Below are positions 28,338 through 37,704 of a stretch of DNA of 64,000 nt, piece after piece. Under the pieces are notes generated by a model. It made no database searches and was not told where the DNA came from. It saw only the letters and a program-made list of their open reading frames with translations. Both the position numbers and the translations under genes were made by a program. The DNA is taken from the IMG/VR virus record IMGVR_UViG_3300020577_007013; one strand, 5' to 3'. The stretch's first letter is position 1; every line of letters begins with the position of its first letter. Origin of the DNA: a virus (Duplodnaviria; Caudoviricetes).

Positions 28338-28607
28338 TTAAGGATAGAGCTTCACTAAACTCTTGATATATTCTGCACCCTTTTGGTAGTCTTCATCTTC
28401 TCTCTGAAACAGATAATTGTAGTAGATTCGAGTCAAGAGGAAACGTATCCAGTCACTGTTATTGAAGTTAGGGTCATCAAGGTATTGGAGAAGCTTGGAT
28501 AATGAAGCTGATATTGAAAGATGGGAGAGCTTCTGATTCTTTATTGCTAGCTTAAGGGTCTCCACTTCATTCTCAAGTTCTTTGATTCTCTTTTGGTCCT
28601 CTTTCAT
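28338..28607 (-). CDS. Hypothetical protein
   Basis: GAGGA RBS; TATTATA at 28643-28649. Confidence 0.55.
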   Translation of the reverse strand: MKEDQKRIKELENEVETLKLAIKNQKLSHLSISASLSKLLQYLDDPNFNNSDWIRFLLTRIYYNYLFQREDEDYQKGAEYIKSLVKLYP

Positions 28608-28681
28608 ATGTCCTCAGTTAACTCGTGTGTTACTTGGCTAGGTATAATAATACCTATTGATATGATCTTTAAACAATCAAG

Positions 28682-28704
28682 GAGTGACTCGTGTGATCCC
28701 TAGT
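28682..28704 (+). repeat. Dispersed intergenic repeat, copy 1 (GAGTGACTCGTGTGATCCCTAGT)
   Basis: 21/23 (19/20 core) identical to the reverse complement of 62779-62801. Confidence 0.8.
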
Positions 28705-28734
28705 AATCTTGTAGGAAGTGATTAGGTAAAGCTT

Positions 28735-29073
28735 CTAGAAATCTCGTTCATTTGAACCATACTCTAGAATCTCTCGTATTCGAAGAGTCGGGAATATTCT
28801 TTTGTCATTAGGATCTTTTCTATTCTTGTTAATGGCGAGTTGAGCTTTGATCTTGATAGAATCCCCTTTCTTAAGTTTCTCTTTTATCTGATCTGCATCT
28901 TTTCCGAAGTAGTCACAACCGATTGTATTGGTCTGAACTGAATGATTCGCTCCCCATGTTTCAAAGCTAAGTAGAAATTTCAAAAGTTTATTTCCTTCTT
29001 CGAAGGATCTTATTTCAGGATCGTTGAGAACCTTTCCTTCTCCTGTTAAGAGCATATTTTCTGAGAGATTCAT
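28735..29073 (-). CDS. Single-stranded DNA-binding protein-like (OB fold)
   Basis: GKVLNDPEIR...CDYFGKDAD...LKKGDSIKIKAQL pattern. Confidence 0.65.
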   Translation of the reverse strand: MNLSENMLLTGEGKVLNDPEIRSFEEGNKLLKFLLSFETWGANHSVQTNTIGCDYFGKDADQIKEKLKKGDSIKIKAQLAINKNRKDPNDKRIFPTLRIREILEYGSNERDF

Positions 29074-29504
29074 AACACTTCCTTGAGGACTCTTCTTAAA
29101 TTCTTCGGGCAGTAGTCTTCGATATCTTTAATCTTACAAAACATAAATCTATCAAACTCAAGAACCTTATCACCATTGTCTCTATTAAAGAATGATTTGC
29201 ACTTAAGCTTAGAAAGATCGATTTCTTCTTTGAGGTCTTTAAAATTGATTCTGTAAAGAAATAGGTCTTTGTGTTTGTTAAGCTCGTGTTGTCCCACGAC
29301 TTCAAAACGTTTTCTATTGAAAGCTAATCCAGTTTCTTCAAGAAGCTCACGTTCAGCTGTCTCTATGTTTGACTCACCTTCTTCTTGACGTCCTTTAGGA
29401 ATATCCCAATTTTTAGTTCCTGTTGCATGTCCTAACAGAATGTATTTCCCATCTGTCAGAATCGTTCCTACAGAAAGTTGCTTGAATTTAGGTTTATATT
29501 TCAT
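29070..29504 (-). CDS. Nudix hydrolase
   Basis: WDIPKGRQEEGESNIETAERELLEETGL Nudix box. Confidence 0.92.
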   Translation of the reverse strand: MKYKPKFKQLSVGTILTDGKYILLGHATGTKNWDIPKGRQEEGESNIETAERELLEETGLAFNRKRFEVVGQHELNKHKDLFLYRINFKDLKEEIDLSKLKCKSFFNRDNGDKVLEFDRFMFCKIKDIEDYCPKNLRRVLKEVL

Positions 29505-30310
29505 ATTGCCTTAGGACACATCTTATTGTATGCGCAAAATTTGCAAGTCGTTTCTTCAGGAGTGTACTCGATATTTCCTTCATTTGCTAGCTTGATCTTC
29601 TCAGTGAGACTTGAGATCTTTTCATCGATATATGAAAACCTATCCTTCTGAATCTCATGATGATTCTTAAGAAATGAGTCTTCCTTAGAGGATTGAGCAT
29701 AATAAGTAAATGAGTGAACCTTCTGTTTGAGATTTTTCTTGACTAGATACTCATACATAATACTTTGGAAATCTTTCTCGAAGTCTTTGTGAAGAAATTT
29801 GTCAAGGTTAGCTGTTGTCTTATAGTCAAAGATTCTGTATGTCCCGTCTTTCAACTCTACAAGAAGGTCAATGGTTCCGTCAAGAGAGTAGTCTGTATTG
29901 TAGTCTGATTTGAGATTCGTTTCAGGATGGAGAGTTTTCCAATCTTCTTTCCTCAAGTCTAAGAGAACTTCCTTGATAAGATTCAGAGTTCGAAGATTCC
30001 CTTCATGTAAGAAGGTCTCTTTATTGTAATATCTCGTTCTCTGAAATTTACCGTCTCTAGCTACTTGTTTTTCAAGTTCAGTGTCAAAAAGTTTTGCAAA
30101 GCCACCGTCCACTTTAATGAGAACTTCTCTATCAGAAGCTCCACTATTTTTGATCACCATCGCAGTTTCAGCGACTGAATGTGCAATTGAACCGAATAAA
30201 GTTCCTGGCCAAATTATCCAAGGAACCTTAATCTTCTGAATGTCTGAATAGTAGAATTGTCCGAAACATGACTCAATCTTGTTGAGTCGACTTTGAGATA
30301 GTGTGAGCAA
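29501..30310 (-). CDS. PD-(D/E)XK exonuclease (RecB/AddB/Cas4-like, Fe-S cysteines)
   Basis: LSQS..C, GSIAH, GTIDLL, FDYKT, Q..MY, CKFCAYNKMC. Confidence 0.85.
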   Translation of the reverse strand: MLTLSQSRLNKIESCFGQFYYSDIQKIKVPWIIWPGTLFGSIAHSVAETAMVIKNSGASDREVLIKVDGGFAKLFDTELEKQVARDGKFQRTRYYNKETFLHEGNLRTLNLIKEVLLDLRKEDWKTLHPETNLKSDYNTDYSLDGTIDLLVELKDGTYRIFDYKTTANLDKFLHKDFEKDFQSIMYEYLVKKNLKQKVHSFTYYAQSSKEDSFLKNHHEIQKDRFSYIDEKISSLTEKIKLANEGNIEYTPEETTCKFCAYNKMCPKAI

Positions 30311-30360
30311 CTTCGGTTCCTTAGTAGAATTTACTATCTAAGGTATAATAAGGAAAAAAG

Positions 30361-30891
30361 CTATTTCCGATATTTGCTAATCGTCTTAGCTCTTTTTATT
30401 TTCTTTGCAGGAGAGTTTTTCTTAGGTTTGGGTTCAGGTTTCACAGGCTTCACTGGTTCAGGTTCTACAACAGGTTCGATTTCTCTAGGTTTGTAAGTTT
30501 TCTGAACTCTCAAGCTGTCGGGATTTTCATCAATGTACTTTACGAAGTTCATCATCTTTCCCTTGTCTACAGCTCTCATCTTTTTCCATTTAGCATTGAG
30601 CAGAGGGTTATTAAATTCTGATTGGAGGATTTCAGTAAAAGTCAGACCTTTCTGACCTGAGTTATTTTCGTAGTATTTCTTCACTTGCTTGAGATAATCA
30701 ACAAAGTTTGCCCAGCCTCTACCTTTGAGGTAGTCTTCGTCTTTGTTGTACTTTGCAATGAGAGGAATTAAATAGTTAGAGAGACCGTTGGTGAGAGCGA
30801 CTTCGAGAAGTGTCGTGGTTTTACCACCAATTGTCTTAGTGGTAAGCATGTTTTTAGGTTGAGAGAAGAAGGATTTATAACGTTCTGCCAT
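30361..30891 (-). CDS. Protein with N-terminal YKSFF tag and Pro/Lys-rich basic tail
   Basis: MAERYKSFFSQ; EPVKPVKPEPKPKK tail. Confidence 0.6.
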   Translation of the reverse strand: MAERYKSFFSQPKNMLTTKTIGGKTTTLLEVALTNGLSNYLIPLIAKYNKDEDYLKGRGWANFVDYLKQVKKYYENNSGQKGLTFTEILQSEFNNPLLNAKWKKMRAVDKGKMMNFVKYIDENPDSLRVQKTYKPREIEPVVEPEPVKPVKPEPKPKKNSPAKKIKRAKTISKYRK

Positions 30892-30892
30892 C

Positions 30893-31291
30893 TTAATACT
30901 TCTGATCCTCGCTATTGTATAGCTGGAACTCTGTGTCAGTCTTCATTCTTCGAAGTGGCACATAGTATTTGTAATCATCCGTTTGGGTTACTTGTTTTTT
31001 ATGGATTCTCTTAAGATCGAATAGAACATCGAGATCATACATTTTGACAGCTTTAGAGATTTCAGTATCATACTGACTTCCACCGACTACCTGTATGCAA
31101 AGACCTTTGCTAGGAATCTGTGTCATATAAACGTCTCTTACTTTGATTCCTCTGCTCTTGAGATACTCCGAAATAAGTGGAATTTTTTCTTCAAGAGTTC
31201 TATCATCTTCGAGTCTATCTGAAGCTCTATCAGCTGGAAGATTGTCATGAGCCGTAAACTCTTGGAATTTTGATTTGTAGGGAGTGATCAT
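30893..31291 (-). CDS. Protein with N-terminal YKSKFQE tag
   Basis: MITPYKSKFQE; ACTAAT-N5-ATG upstream. Confidence 0.6.
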   Translation of the reverse strand: MITPYKSKFQEFTAHDNLPADRASDRLEDDRTLEEKIPLISEYLKSRGIKVRDVYMTQIPSKGLCIQVVGGSQYDTEISKAVKMYDLDVLFDLKRIHKKQVTQTDDYKYYVPLRRMKTDTEFQLYNSEDQKY

Positions 31292-31345
31292 AGATGATTA
31301 GTTGAGGTCTGATTCGAGAATATCAGATTTTTTTTGCTTCTTTAG

Positions 31346-31450
31346 TGTCCTACATCTCTATTTCTAGAGTTGCTTCCTGACTCAACGAAACATGACTTGG
31401 AACGAGTTCGAAAGAACTCGAGACAGTGGTCTTTTTCTCCTCAGGTGTAC
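31346..31450 (-). ncRNA. Putative omegaRNA scaffold / IS right-end-like sequence of this tnpB
   Basis: GAAGCAACTCTAGAAATAGAGATGTAGGACAC: GAAGC, hairpin CTCTA-GAAA-TAGAG, then GTAG-GACAC, as in IS605-group right ends; 5' boundary approximate. Confidence 0.45.
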
Positions 31451-32585
31451 CATTAGAGACCCTAATGGAATTGATTTTAGACTGCCCAATTAACAGTATA
31501 GTTTTTGCTGCTTTAATATCTCTGTCTTCCTCAAGTCCACATTCGCATTTGTAGAGCCGAGTTTTCAAGCCTATGGAATTTATTTTTCCACAAGCGTAAC
31601 AGAGTTTTGTAGTCGGTTCAAATCGCCCTATTACTTGAGTGCTTTCGAGATTTTTAAGTCTTGCTTTTATTGCCCCAAGAGCTGACGTCTGAACTGCTCT
31701 TCCGAATATTCCTTTGTGCCATCCTTTTAAATTTTCGTCTTGAATATAAATTTTGTCGTATGAGCTCTTGAGATGTGAAACGATTTTGTTTGCTTTGTCT
31801 CTTTTTTTATTCGAAAGACTCTCATATTCTTTCTTAACTTTCTTCAGAACTTTGAAGCGATTTTTACTTCCCTTTTGTTTTCTAGAGAAGTGTCTTTGAA
31901 GTCTCTTAAGCTTTTCAGACTCTTTCACTTCTACTCTGAAAGTCTCTCCGTCTGAAGTCGTGACAGTGTTCTTGATTCCCATGTCGATTCCGACTTCTTT
32001 GCCAGTTTTCTCTTTAGGAACTTTGGTTTGAAAAGTCGTGACATGGAAATAATAGCCAGAAGCTTTTCGTTCTAGAGTACCATTTGCGAACTCGACACCT
32101 TCCGGAATTTGATTAATCCCTAGAATTTTAAAAGGAACATTTACTTTTTCGATTTTGATTCTATCTCCATTAAAATGGATTTTTGTAAATTCGACACTGT
32201 CTATTTGAGGCTTAAATTTGAGTCTTCCTACTTTAAAATTCTTTTTCTTGAGAGTGGAGAGAGCTTTAATGGCTTCTTGAATTCTTTTTCTCAGTTCTCT
32301 TTTCATTGAGAATGAAAGAAATTTGAAGACCCTTTTCTCAAATTTGTCTAAGACTTTGACTCGAACTTCTTTCATGTCCTTGAGTTTCGGTCCGTTGAAA
32401 GGATCATTTAAGGAAATGATGTAATTGTAGAACCATTTTGCTTCTACGAAGATCATTTTAAGGTACTCTTTTTGCTCTCGATTCAAATGGCTCTCGTCAA
32501 TCTTGAGTTTGTAGACTTTGCAGTCTTGCCCTTTTCTTCGTTCTTTAGTCTTCTTAAGTGATTCACTGATCTTAGAATTTTTAAT
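31350..32585 (-). CDS. tnpB: TnpB RNA-guided nuclease; N-terminus extends 33 codons beyond the track start, to an ATT codon
   Basis: VGIDMG, PTTKLCYACG, CECG, DRDIKAA; upstream in-frame KISESLKKTKERRKGQDCKVYKLKIDESHL. Confidence 0.88.
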   Translation of the reverse strand: MKNSKISESLKKTKERRKGQDCKVYKLKIDESHLNREQKEYLKMIFVEAKWFYNYIISLNDPFNGPKLKDMKEVRVKVLDKFEKRVFKFLSFSMKRELRKRIQEAIKALSTLKKKNFKVGRLKFKPQIDSVEFTKIHFNGDRIKIEKVNVPFKILGINQIPEGVEFANGTLERKASGYYFHVTTFQTKVPKEKTGKEVGIDMGIKNTVTTSDGETFRVEVKESEKLKRLQRHFSRKQKGSKNRFKVLKKVKKEYESLSNKKRDKANKIVSHLKSSYDKIYIQDENLKGWHKGIFGRAVQTSALGAIKARLKNLESTQVIGRFEPTTKLCYACGKINSIGLKTRLYKCECGLEEDRDIKAAKTILLIGQSKINSIRVSNGTPEEKKTTVSSSFELVPSHVSLSQEATLEIEM

Positions 32586-32647
32586 ATTGATTAGTTATAA
32601 AACTAAAATATTGTCTTGTATAGCTTCTCTATTGACTTATGATAATT

Positions 32648-32673
32648 AAAAGGCCTTCGAGTGAAGGCCTTTT
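32648..32673. terminator. Bidirectional intrinsic terminator
   Basis: AAAAGGCCTTC-GAGT-GAAGGCCTTTT perfect hairpin with A/T tracts. Confidence 0.85.
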
Positions 32674-32682
32674 ATCGGAAGT

Positions 32683-32742
32683 CTATTTTCCTTTTTTAGT
32701 GCCCTTTTTTGAGCCTTTCTTATCCTCTTTAGCTTTTGCCAT
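32683..32742 (-). CDS. 19-aa lysine-rich micropeptide
   Basis: AGGAGG RBS; MAKAKEDKKGSKKGTKKGK*; followed by terminator. Confidence 0.5.
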   Translation of the reverse strand: MAKAKEDKKGSKKGTKKGK

Positions 32743-33136
32743 TTTCGGTTTCCTCCTGATTTAAGATTTGATTTGTGACATCTACTCTGTCTTTTAATTT
32801 CGATGTAGATATATTTAGTTCGTCTGAAATCGTTTTTACTTTTTGTCTTAATTGTTCATTGTCTAAATTTGACTTCATTCCTTCTCTTAGTCCTCTATAG
32901 TAAGAGACTTCTTGACAGACAGCTGTCACTTGAGTAAGAATATTGTTGTAAGGATTATTGTCATCCTTCAGCATAAGATCAATTATTTTAGAGTACATTT
33001 CCCAAAAGTTCTTTTCATTAGGATCTTTGATGTCTTCTATGACAAGAAGAATGTTCAGTTGAACCTTAGAAAGATAGTCTGACTGGAATTTTCTGACCTC
33101 TTCTTTTATTTCTTCGAAGACTTTTGTTGTGTCCAT
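32729..33136 (-). CDS. Hypothetical helical protein (start reassigned to MDTTK)
   Basis: ORF in operon. Confidence 0.55.
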   Translation of the reverse strand: MDTTKVFEEIKEEVRKFQSDYLSKVQLNILLVIEDIKDPNEKNFWEMYSKIIDLMLKDDNNPYNNILTQVTAVCQEVSYYRGLREGMKSNLDNEQLRQKVKTISDELNISTSKLKDRVDVTNQILNQEETENGKS

Positions 33137-33495
33137 TTCTTCCCTCTTCTCACTGCCATCCAATGCCTTATTTTAGGATGTTGCTTGAATGCTCTGATTG
33201 GATGTATGATGGGAAAAATGGTCCAATAAATTTTCCCTATGATAGGATTGAATTTTACGAGATTTGTTGAGAATCTGTCAAGAAAAGAAAATAGAATTCC
33301 TCCTTCATAGAATTCTTTCGACTTTATAGGAGTCTCAATCCAAGCCCATTTCTTTTTGAGCATGAAATTTAGATCCTTAAAAGGAATTTGCCTTACTGAA
33401 ATTGTGACGAAGTTTCCTTCAGGTCTTTGAGTATAGTATTTGTCTACTGTAATTACGAGATCAGATTTCTTTTTGAGGATTTCATACTTATCCAC
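33106..33495 (-). CDS. Hypothetical protein
   Basis: TATTATA 7 nt before the GTG start. Confidence 0.55.
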   Translation of the reverse strand: MDKYEILKKKSDLVITVDKYYTQRPEGNFVTISVRQIPFKDLNFMLKKKWAWIETPIKSKEFYEGGILFSFLDRFSTNLVKFNPIIGKIYWTIFPIIHPIRAFKQHPKIRHWMAVRRGKKWTQQKSSKK

Positions 33496-33511
33496 GACTA
33501 TTTATAATAGC

Positions 33512-35383
33512 TTATGAGATCTCAAGCTTTTTTATTGAGTGAGAACTTACAGCATAAATTCCCGTCTTCTCTGAAAAGAGATAAGTGTTAGAGTCTACGA
33601 ATGGCTCTGTATCTGGAAACTCTTTAGAAGGAACAAGTGTTCCAGCACTATCTTCTATTCTAGAGATACCATTTTCTGAAGAACTGAAGAGAGTCTTTCC
33701 AATAGCAAGTTTTCCTTTTATAGAAGAGAGCCAAGTATTCTCAGACTGCTTCGCTTCAGCAGAAGATAAGATATTTCCGAATTGGTCTATGAGATAAGCC
33801 TTATTGATGATGTCTGCACCAATTTGAGTTGAGAGAAATACCCATGCTTTGTCTTTATTGAAGTAGACATTGGAATCGATTAACTTTCCTTCTATTCTAA
33901 TTTTACAAGAGTCATTGAGAGATTTTTTATTGAGTCCAAATGTGAAACACTGGCTGTATGCTGAGGCTAAGTAAAATCCAAAACCGAACTCTTCACCAAC
34001 CCAAAATGCGGTATTGGAAGCTATGACTTCTCCTAGAAGAATAGGAATGTCGTCTTGTTTGTATATGTTTCCATTCTGAATGTAAAAGACTCCTGAAGAG
34101 TTGCAATCAAACATAGGAGTTCTTTGGAATACATCACAATGATATTTTACATGAGTTCCTTTGTCGAAGATGATAAATGAATCTCCGAATCCAATGAGAG
34201 TCCTTTCCTTTTGAATTCTGAATTTGAGTCCAGACATTAGAGGAATCTGATTTATCTCATAGCCAGTTTCTCTATAAAATTTGTCATCTCTCCATAAAAG
34301 ATATTGAAGAGCTCCACCGTATTCATTTGCATAGACGATTTTATGGGATCGATTCTTTGACTTGAAGATTTCAGTACTTTTCACTGTTCCTCTTATTTGA
34401 ACCGTTGTGACTACATTTTTATTTTGAGCTTGACATTCAGGACAGATACTTCTACAATGAGAAACTCCGCAATTGGTACAAGTACTCCATCTGAGATTAT
34501 TGAGAAGCTTAAGAGGGAATTCTTCTCGTTTCTTTTTCTCAAATACATTCTCGAAATATCCTAAAGTCTCGTCAGAAAGATACTTTAGAGGAAGAGCTGC
34601 TTTCGGATATTTGACTTCTGAATTGAAAACACTCACTGAATGTAAAGCCCTAGCTTCATGTGGAATTCTTTTCTTAGGATCTTGAGGTTGATAGATTCCT
34701 CCATAGGGATGGACATAGAGAAGAGATTGAAATAGCATTACATTGAATGCATACCAATCAGAAAGACTTGTATGGGGATTTGATAGAGAGAGAACTGTTA
34801 ACCCTTGATTGCAGAGTAATGGATCGACAAAACGAGTGGTGAAGACTTTCGTAAAGAACTGTCCAAATTGAAAACTATCAGAGTCGATTACGAAGACATT
34901 ATTCTTTCTTCTCTTATCGTCGATGATCAGAATATTAAGATCATTGAAGTCTCCTATGACTACTCCGGTCTTGTGAACTAAAGAGACTGTTTCCCTCAAC
35001 TCCTTGAAAATGTCTGTAATGACGTTTCCGTCTTCATTAAGCTTCTCTCTAAAAGTTTTCTCTCCATATTTTTTCAGTACCTCACCTTTGTCAATGAACT
35101 TCATTGTGTAACCGATCACATAGTTTTTCTTGACAATGAGATCAATAGGAGCTATGACATTTTGAGGAAGTCCAGAAGGAAACATTTTGAGTTTATTCTG
35201 GTACTCTACTAGCTTTTGATTGGCTTGATCTTTCTCTTGTTTGTTTAGCCAGTCAGGATGAGTCCCGTCTTTAAAGATCTTAGCGACTTTTCCGTTGTCT
35301 ATCTTGTAGACTTCAGCTTCCCCACCTTTGCCTAGAAATGTCTTATTATTGAGAGTAAGGGATGTTACATCGATCTGATTCAT
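33512..35383 (-). CDS. Ser/Thr protein kinase with zinc ribbon and beta-rich C-terminal domain (TerY-P-type)
   Basis: LGKGGEAEVY, VAKIF, IGDFNDLNIL, IDSDS, CTNC..CPEC. Confidence 0.85.
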   Translation of the reverse strand: MNQIDVTSLTLNNKTFLGKGGEAEVYKIDNGKVAKIFKDGTHPDWLNKQEKDQANQKLVEYQNKLKMFPSGLPQNVIAPIDLIVKKNYVIGYTMKFIDKGEVLKKYGEKTFREKLNEDGNVITDIFKELRETVSLVHKTGVVIGDFNDLNILIIDDKRRKNNVFVIDSDSFQFGQFFTKVFTTRFVDPLLCNQGLTVLSLSNPHTSLSDWYAFNVMLFQSLLYVHPYGGIYQPQDPKKRIPHEARALHSVSVFNSEVKYPKAALPLKYLSDETLGYFENVFEKKKREEFPLKLLNNLRWSTCTNCGVSHCRSICPECQAQNKNVVTTVQIRGTVKSTEIFKSKNRSHKIVYANEYGGALQYLLWRDDKFYRETGYEINQIPLMSGLKFRIQKERTLIGFGDSFIIFDKGTHVKYHCDVFQRTPMFDCNSSGVFYIQNGNIYKQDDIPILLGEVIASNTAFWVGEEFGFGFYLASAYSQCFTFGLNKKSLNDSCKIRIEGKLIDSNVYFNKDKAWVFLSTQIGADIINKAYLIDQFGNILSSAEAKQSENTWLSSIKGKLAIGKTLFSSSENGISRIEDSAGTLVPSKEFPDTEPFVDSNTYLFSEKTGIYAVSSHSIKKLEIS

Positions 35384-35943
35384 TTTCCAATGAGCTCTAC
35401 AATTTTAAAGTATTGCTCACAGAATTTTGTTTCGAGAAATTTTTCGAATGGGAATTTTTTCAAGAAAAGACTTAAGTCTTCGTCTGAGACATACTGATAG
35501 TTTTTCATAAAATTATTAGAGTCGAATGTCTGACCTGTTATCTGTTCCCCTCTTTCATTCGAAGTAATTGCAGACTCCAACGCTAATCTGATCATTCCTC
35601 TCCCATGAATAAAATCGACGAATAGAATATGTATTGTCCTTGATGGAATGTAGAGTACCACTGAAAAGTTTTCTCCTGAATTGAAAGGACCATGAGCTTC
35701 TTTAAATGATGAGATCGACGATGACAAATTCACTTTGTCTCCAGTTGTAGCTAGAATTATTTCGGAGACAAGCTCCGAGACTTGTCCTTGTTGACATCCA
35801 TAGGAATTGTTCTTGAACAGTTCTTTTAGTTTCTCATATTTTTTGTCAGTCGACTTATCAATAACATGATACTTTTCTCTCGCTTCCTTCGTGGTCTCTG
35901 AAATAAGCTTTTTCAAGTAATCGACTTTTGCTTTCTTTGTCAT
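35380..35943 (-). CDS. Hypothetical protein between PP2C and kinase
   Basis: 4-nt overlaps on both sides. Confidence 0.6.
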   Translation of the reverse strand: MTKKAKVDYLKKLISETTKEAREKYHVIDKSTDKKYEKLKELFKNNSYGCQQGQVSELVSEIILATTGDKVNLSSSISSFKEAHGPFNSGENFSVVLYIPSRTIHILFVDFIHGRGMIRLALESAITSNERGEQITGQTFDSNNFMKNYQYVSDEDLSLFLKKFPFEKFLETKFCEQYFKIVELIGK

Positions 35944-36731
35944 ATTTTCCTCACCAAAATTAATGTTGTGTCATCTTTAAGAAATGGAGGTGTAATCTTG
36001 AATTCTCTCTTATCAAAGTCCACTATCCTTTCTTCTTTATTTCTTTTCTGCAAGAACCTTTGGACTGCTTTAGGATTCTTAATGTAGAGATCGTCGTTGA
36101 GAAGTTCATGGATATGGGGATTTGGAAGATCTTCGATACCATCTGTAGAGATAATCAGACTCTTGAAATTGTTAAGTGAGTATGACTGGAATCTGATGCT
36201 CCTAGATTGTTGGTCGGGAAGTTCTCTTGGATAAAGTTTATAAGCGAGATAGTCAGGAGCATTCTTATGAAATTGGATTATATTGGTGGTGATTACCTCT
36301 CCGTCAAATCGATAGTATCCGTCTCCATAATGGAAGACAGTTAGAAATTCTTTCGTAAGAATAAATCCCATCATTGTGCAGAGTAGATAATCTTTCCCTA
36401 CATTATAGTCTGTCATCTTAAGCTTCTCAGCAAAGACAGACAACTGATCGAGAGTATTTTTCTCAAGAGACTGAAAGATAGAGCCAAGATTTTCTCTTGT
36501 TATAGCTTCAACTCCAAAATCAAAGATAAACTGATTGAAAGAGTTTTCCACCATTTTAGAGAGAAGTATTGATCCGAATTGAGAGTTAGCTGAAGAGCCA
36601 CAACCGTCAGAAACGAATCCTATTGCTAGGTCGTCTCTGTTAATAAGAAAACCGAAGTCTTGATTCGGCTTTCCTACTAGGTTGTGATTGCTTCCAGTTA
36701 CGGAACCTGATTGAATGAAGTATCCTTTCAA
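35940..36731 (-). CDS. PP2C-like protein phosphatase
   Basis: G.NH...PNQD, VSDGCGS, YGDG, STDG, DDTT. Confidence 0.88.
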   Translation of the reverse strand: MKGYFIQSGSVTGSNHNLVGKPNQDFGFLINRDDLAIGFVSDGCGSSANSQFGSILLSKMVENSFNQFIFDFGVEAITRENLGSIFQSLEKNTLDQLSVFAEKLKMTDYNVGKDYLLCTMMGFILTKEFLTVFHYGDGYYRFDGEVITTNIIQFHKNAPDYLAYKLYPRELPDQQSRSIRFQSYSLNNFKSLIISTDGIEDLPNPHIHELLNDDLYIKNPKAVQRFLQKRNKEERIVDFDKREFKITPPFLKDDTTLILVRKI

Positions 36732-37513
36732 CTTCCGAATCCACCCAATGCAGCTTGACTGAAAGCAGCAGAGTTCTGACTGACTTTTGTCACTGACTGT
36801 GAAAAGACTTGGAATGCCTTTCGTATTTCAGATTCTGAATTTCCAGGAGTAAGAATCCACTGATCTGGAATTCCCATTGCCTTGAAGACTTTCTTGAAAT
36901 TTGTATGACCGTCTTGAATTCCCATTGCAGCAACGATGTGATTCTCTCTTCGAACCATATCGTCGACGATGACTTTGACTTTGTCTGCTGTCATCTTAGT
37001 TGAATGCTGATCATCACCATCTGTAATGATGAGAGTAACTGAACGAACAGGAGTTCCAGCATTGGCAAATTCTTGAGTCTTAGCAAGAACTGAACCGAGA
37101 ATGACTGCTGTCATATCATAGAGAGGAGTCCCACCATTCGCTTGATAGTTCTTCATATCCATTTTAGGTGCTTGTGTTATGAGCACGTATGGAGTGAGAA
37201 GAGTACCATTGAGATATCTGTCCTGAACAAGAATATTGTCTTCTTGTTTCGATTTGAGAAGGGATTCCAACACAAGATTGTGTCCGTCTCTTACAATCTG
37301 CTCATTGCCTGCCATGTTGATGGATCCTGAATCGTCTGTCAAGATAGACAGAAGAATTACTTCAGATGCAGGAACATCATCAGCATTGACTCCCAACCCT
37401 TGTTGGATTTGGATTCCCATATCAGGAATGTTGAGCACTTGTCCTGATTGTGCTCCCATATTGCCAGCTCCGATAGCTTGGCTAAATAAATTTTGTACGT
37501 TTTGTGAACTCAT
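36728..37513 (-). CDS. vWA domain protein (TerY-like)
   Basis: MIDAS DDSGSI, GGTPLYD, IITDG. Confidence 0.85.
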   Translation of the reverse strand: MSSQNVQNLFSQAIGAGNMGAQSGQVLNIPDMGIQIQQGLGVNADDVPASEVILLSILTDDSGSINMAGNEQIVRDGHNLVLESLLKSKQEDNILVQDRYLNGTLLTPYVLITQAPKMDMKNYQANGGTPLYDMTAVILGSVLAKTQEFANAGTPVRSVTLIITDGDDQHSTKMTADKVKVIVDDMVRRENHIVAAMGIQDGHTNFKKVFKAMGIPDQWILTPGNSESEIRKAFQVFSQSVTKVSQNSAAFSQAALGGFGS

Positions 37514-37704
37514 TTTATTTTCTCCTTTTCTTTCGGCATCATTACCGATTCTAATATTGACTTTGCAAAATCGACTAAACTTTTTTCCGGAGAGTCTACT
37601 TTTAAAAACTCAAAAACAGACTGCAAATGTTTAGGCTCCGGAATAATAGTAATAGTCTTTTTTTCATAGTCAATTTCTAAATTGACTGTAGATCTCTCGA
37701 TCAT
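37510..37704 (-). CDS. Small hypothetical protein
   Basis: ORF in operon. Confidence 0.5.
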   Translation of the reverse strand: MIERSTVNLEIDYEKKTITIIPEPKHLQSVFEFLKVDSPEKSLVDFAKSILESVMMPKEKEKIK

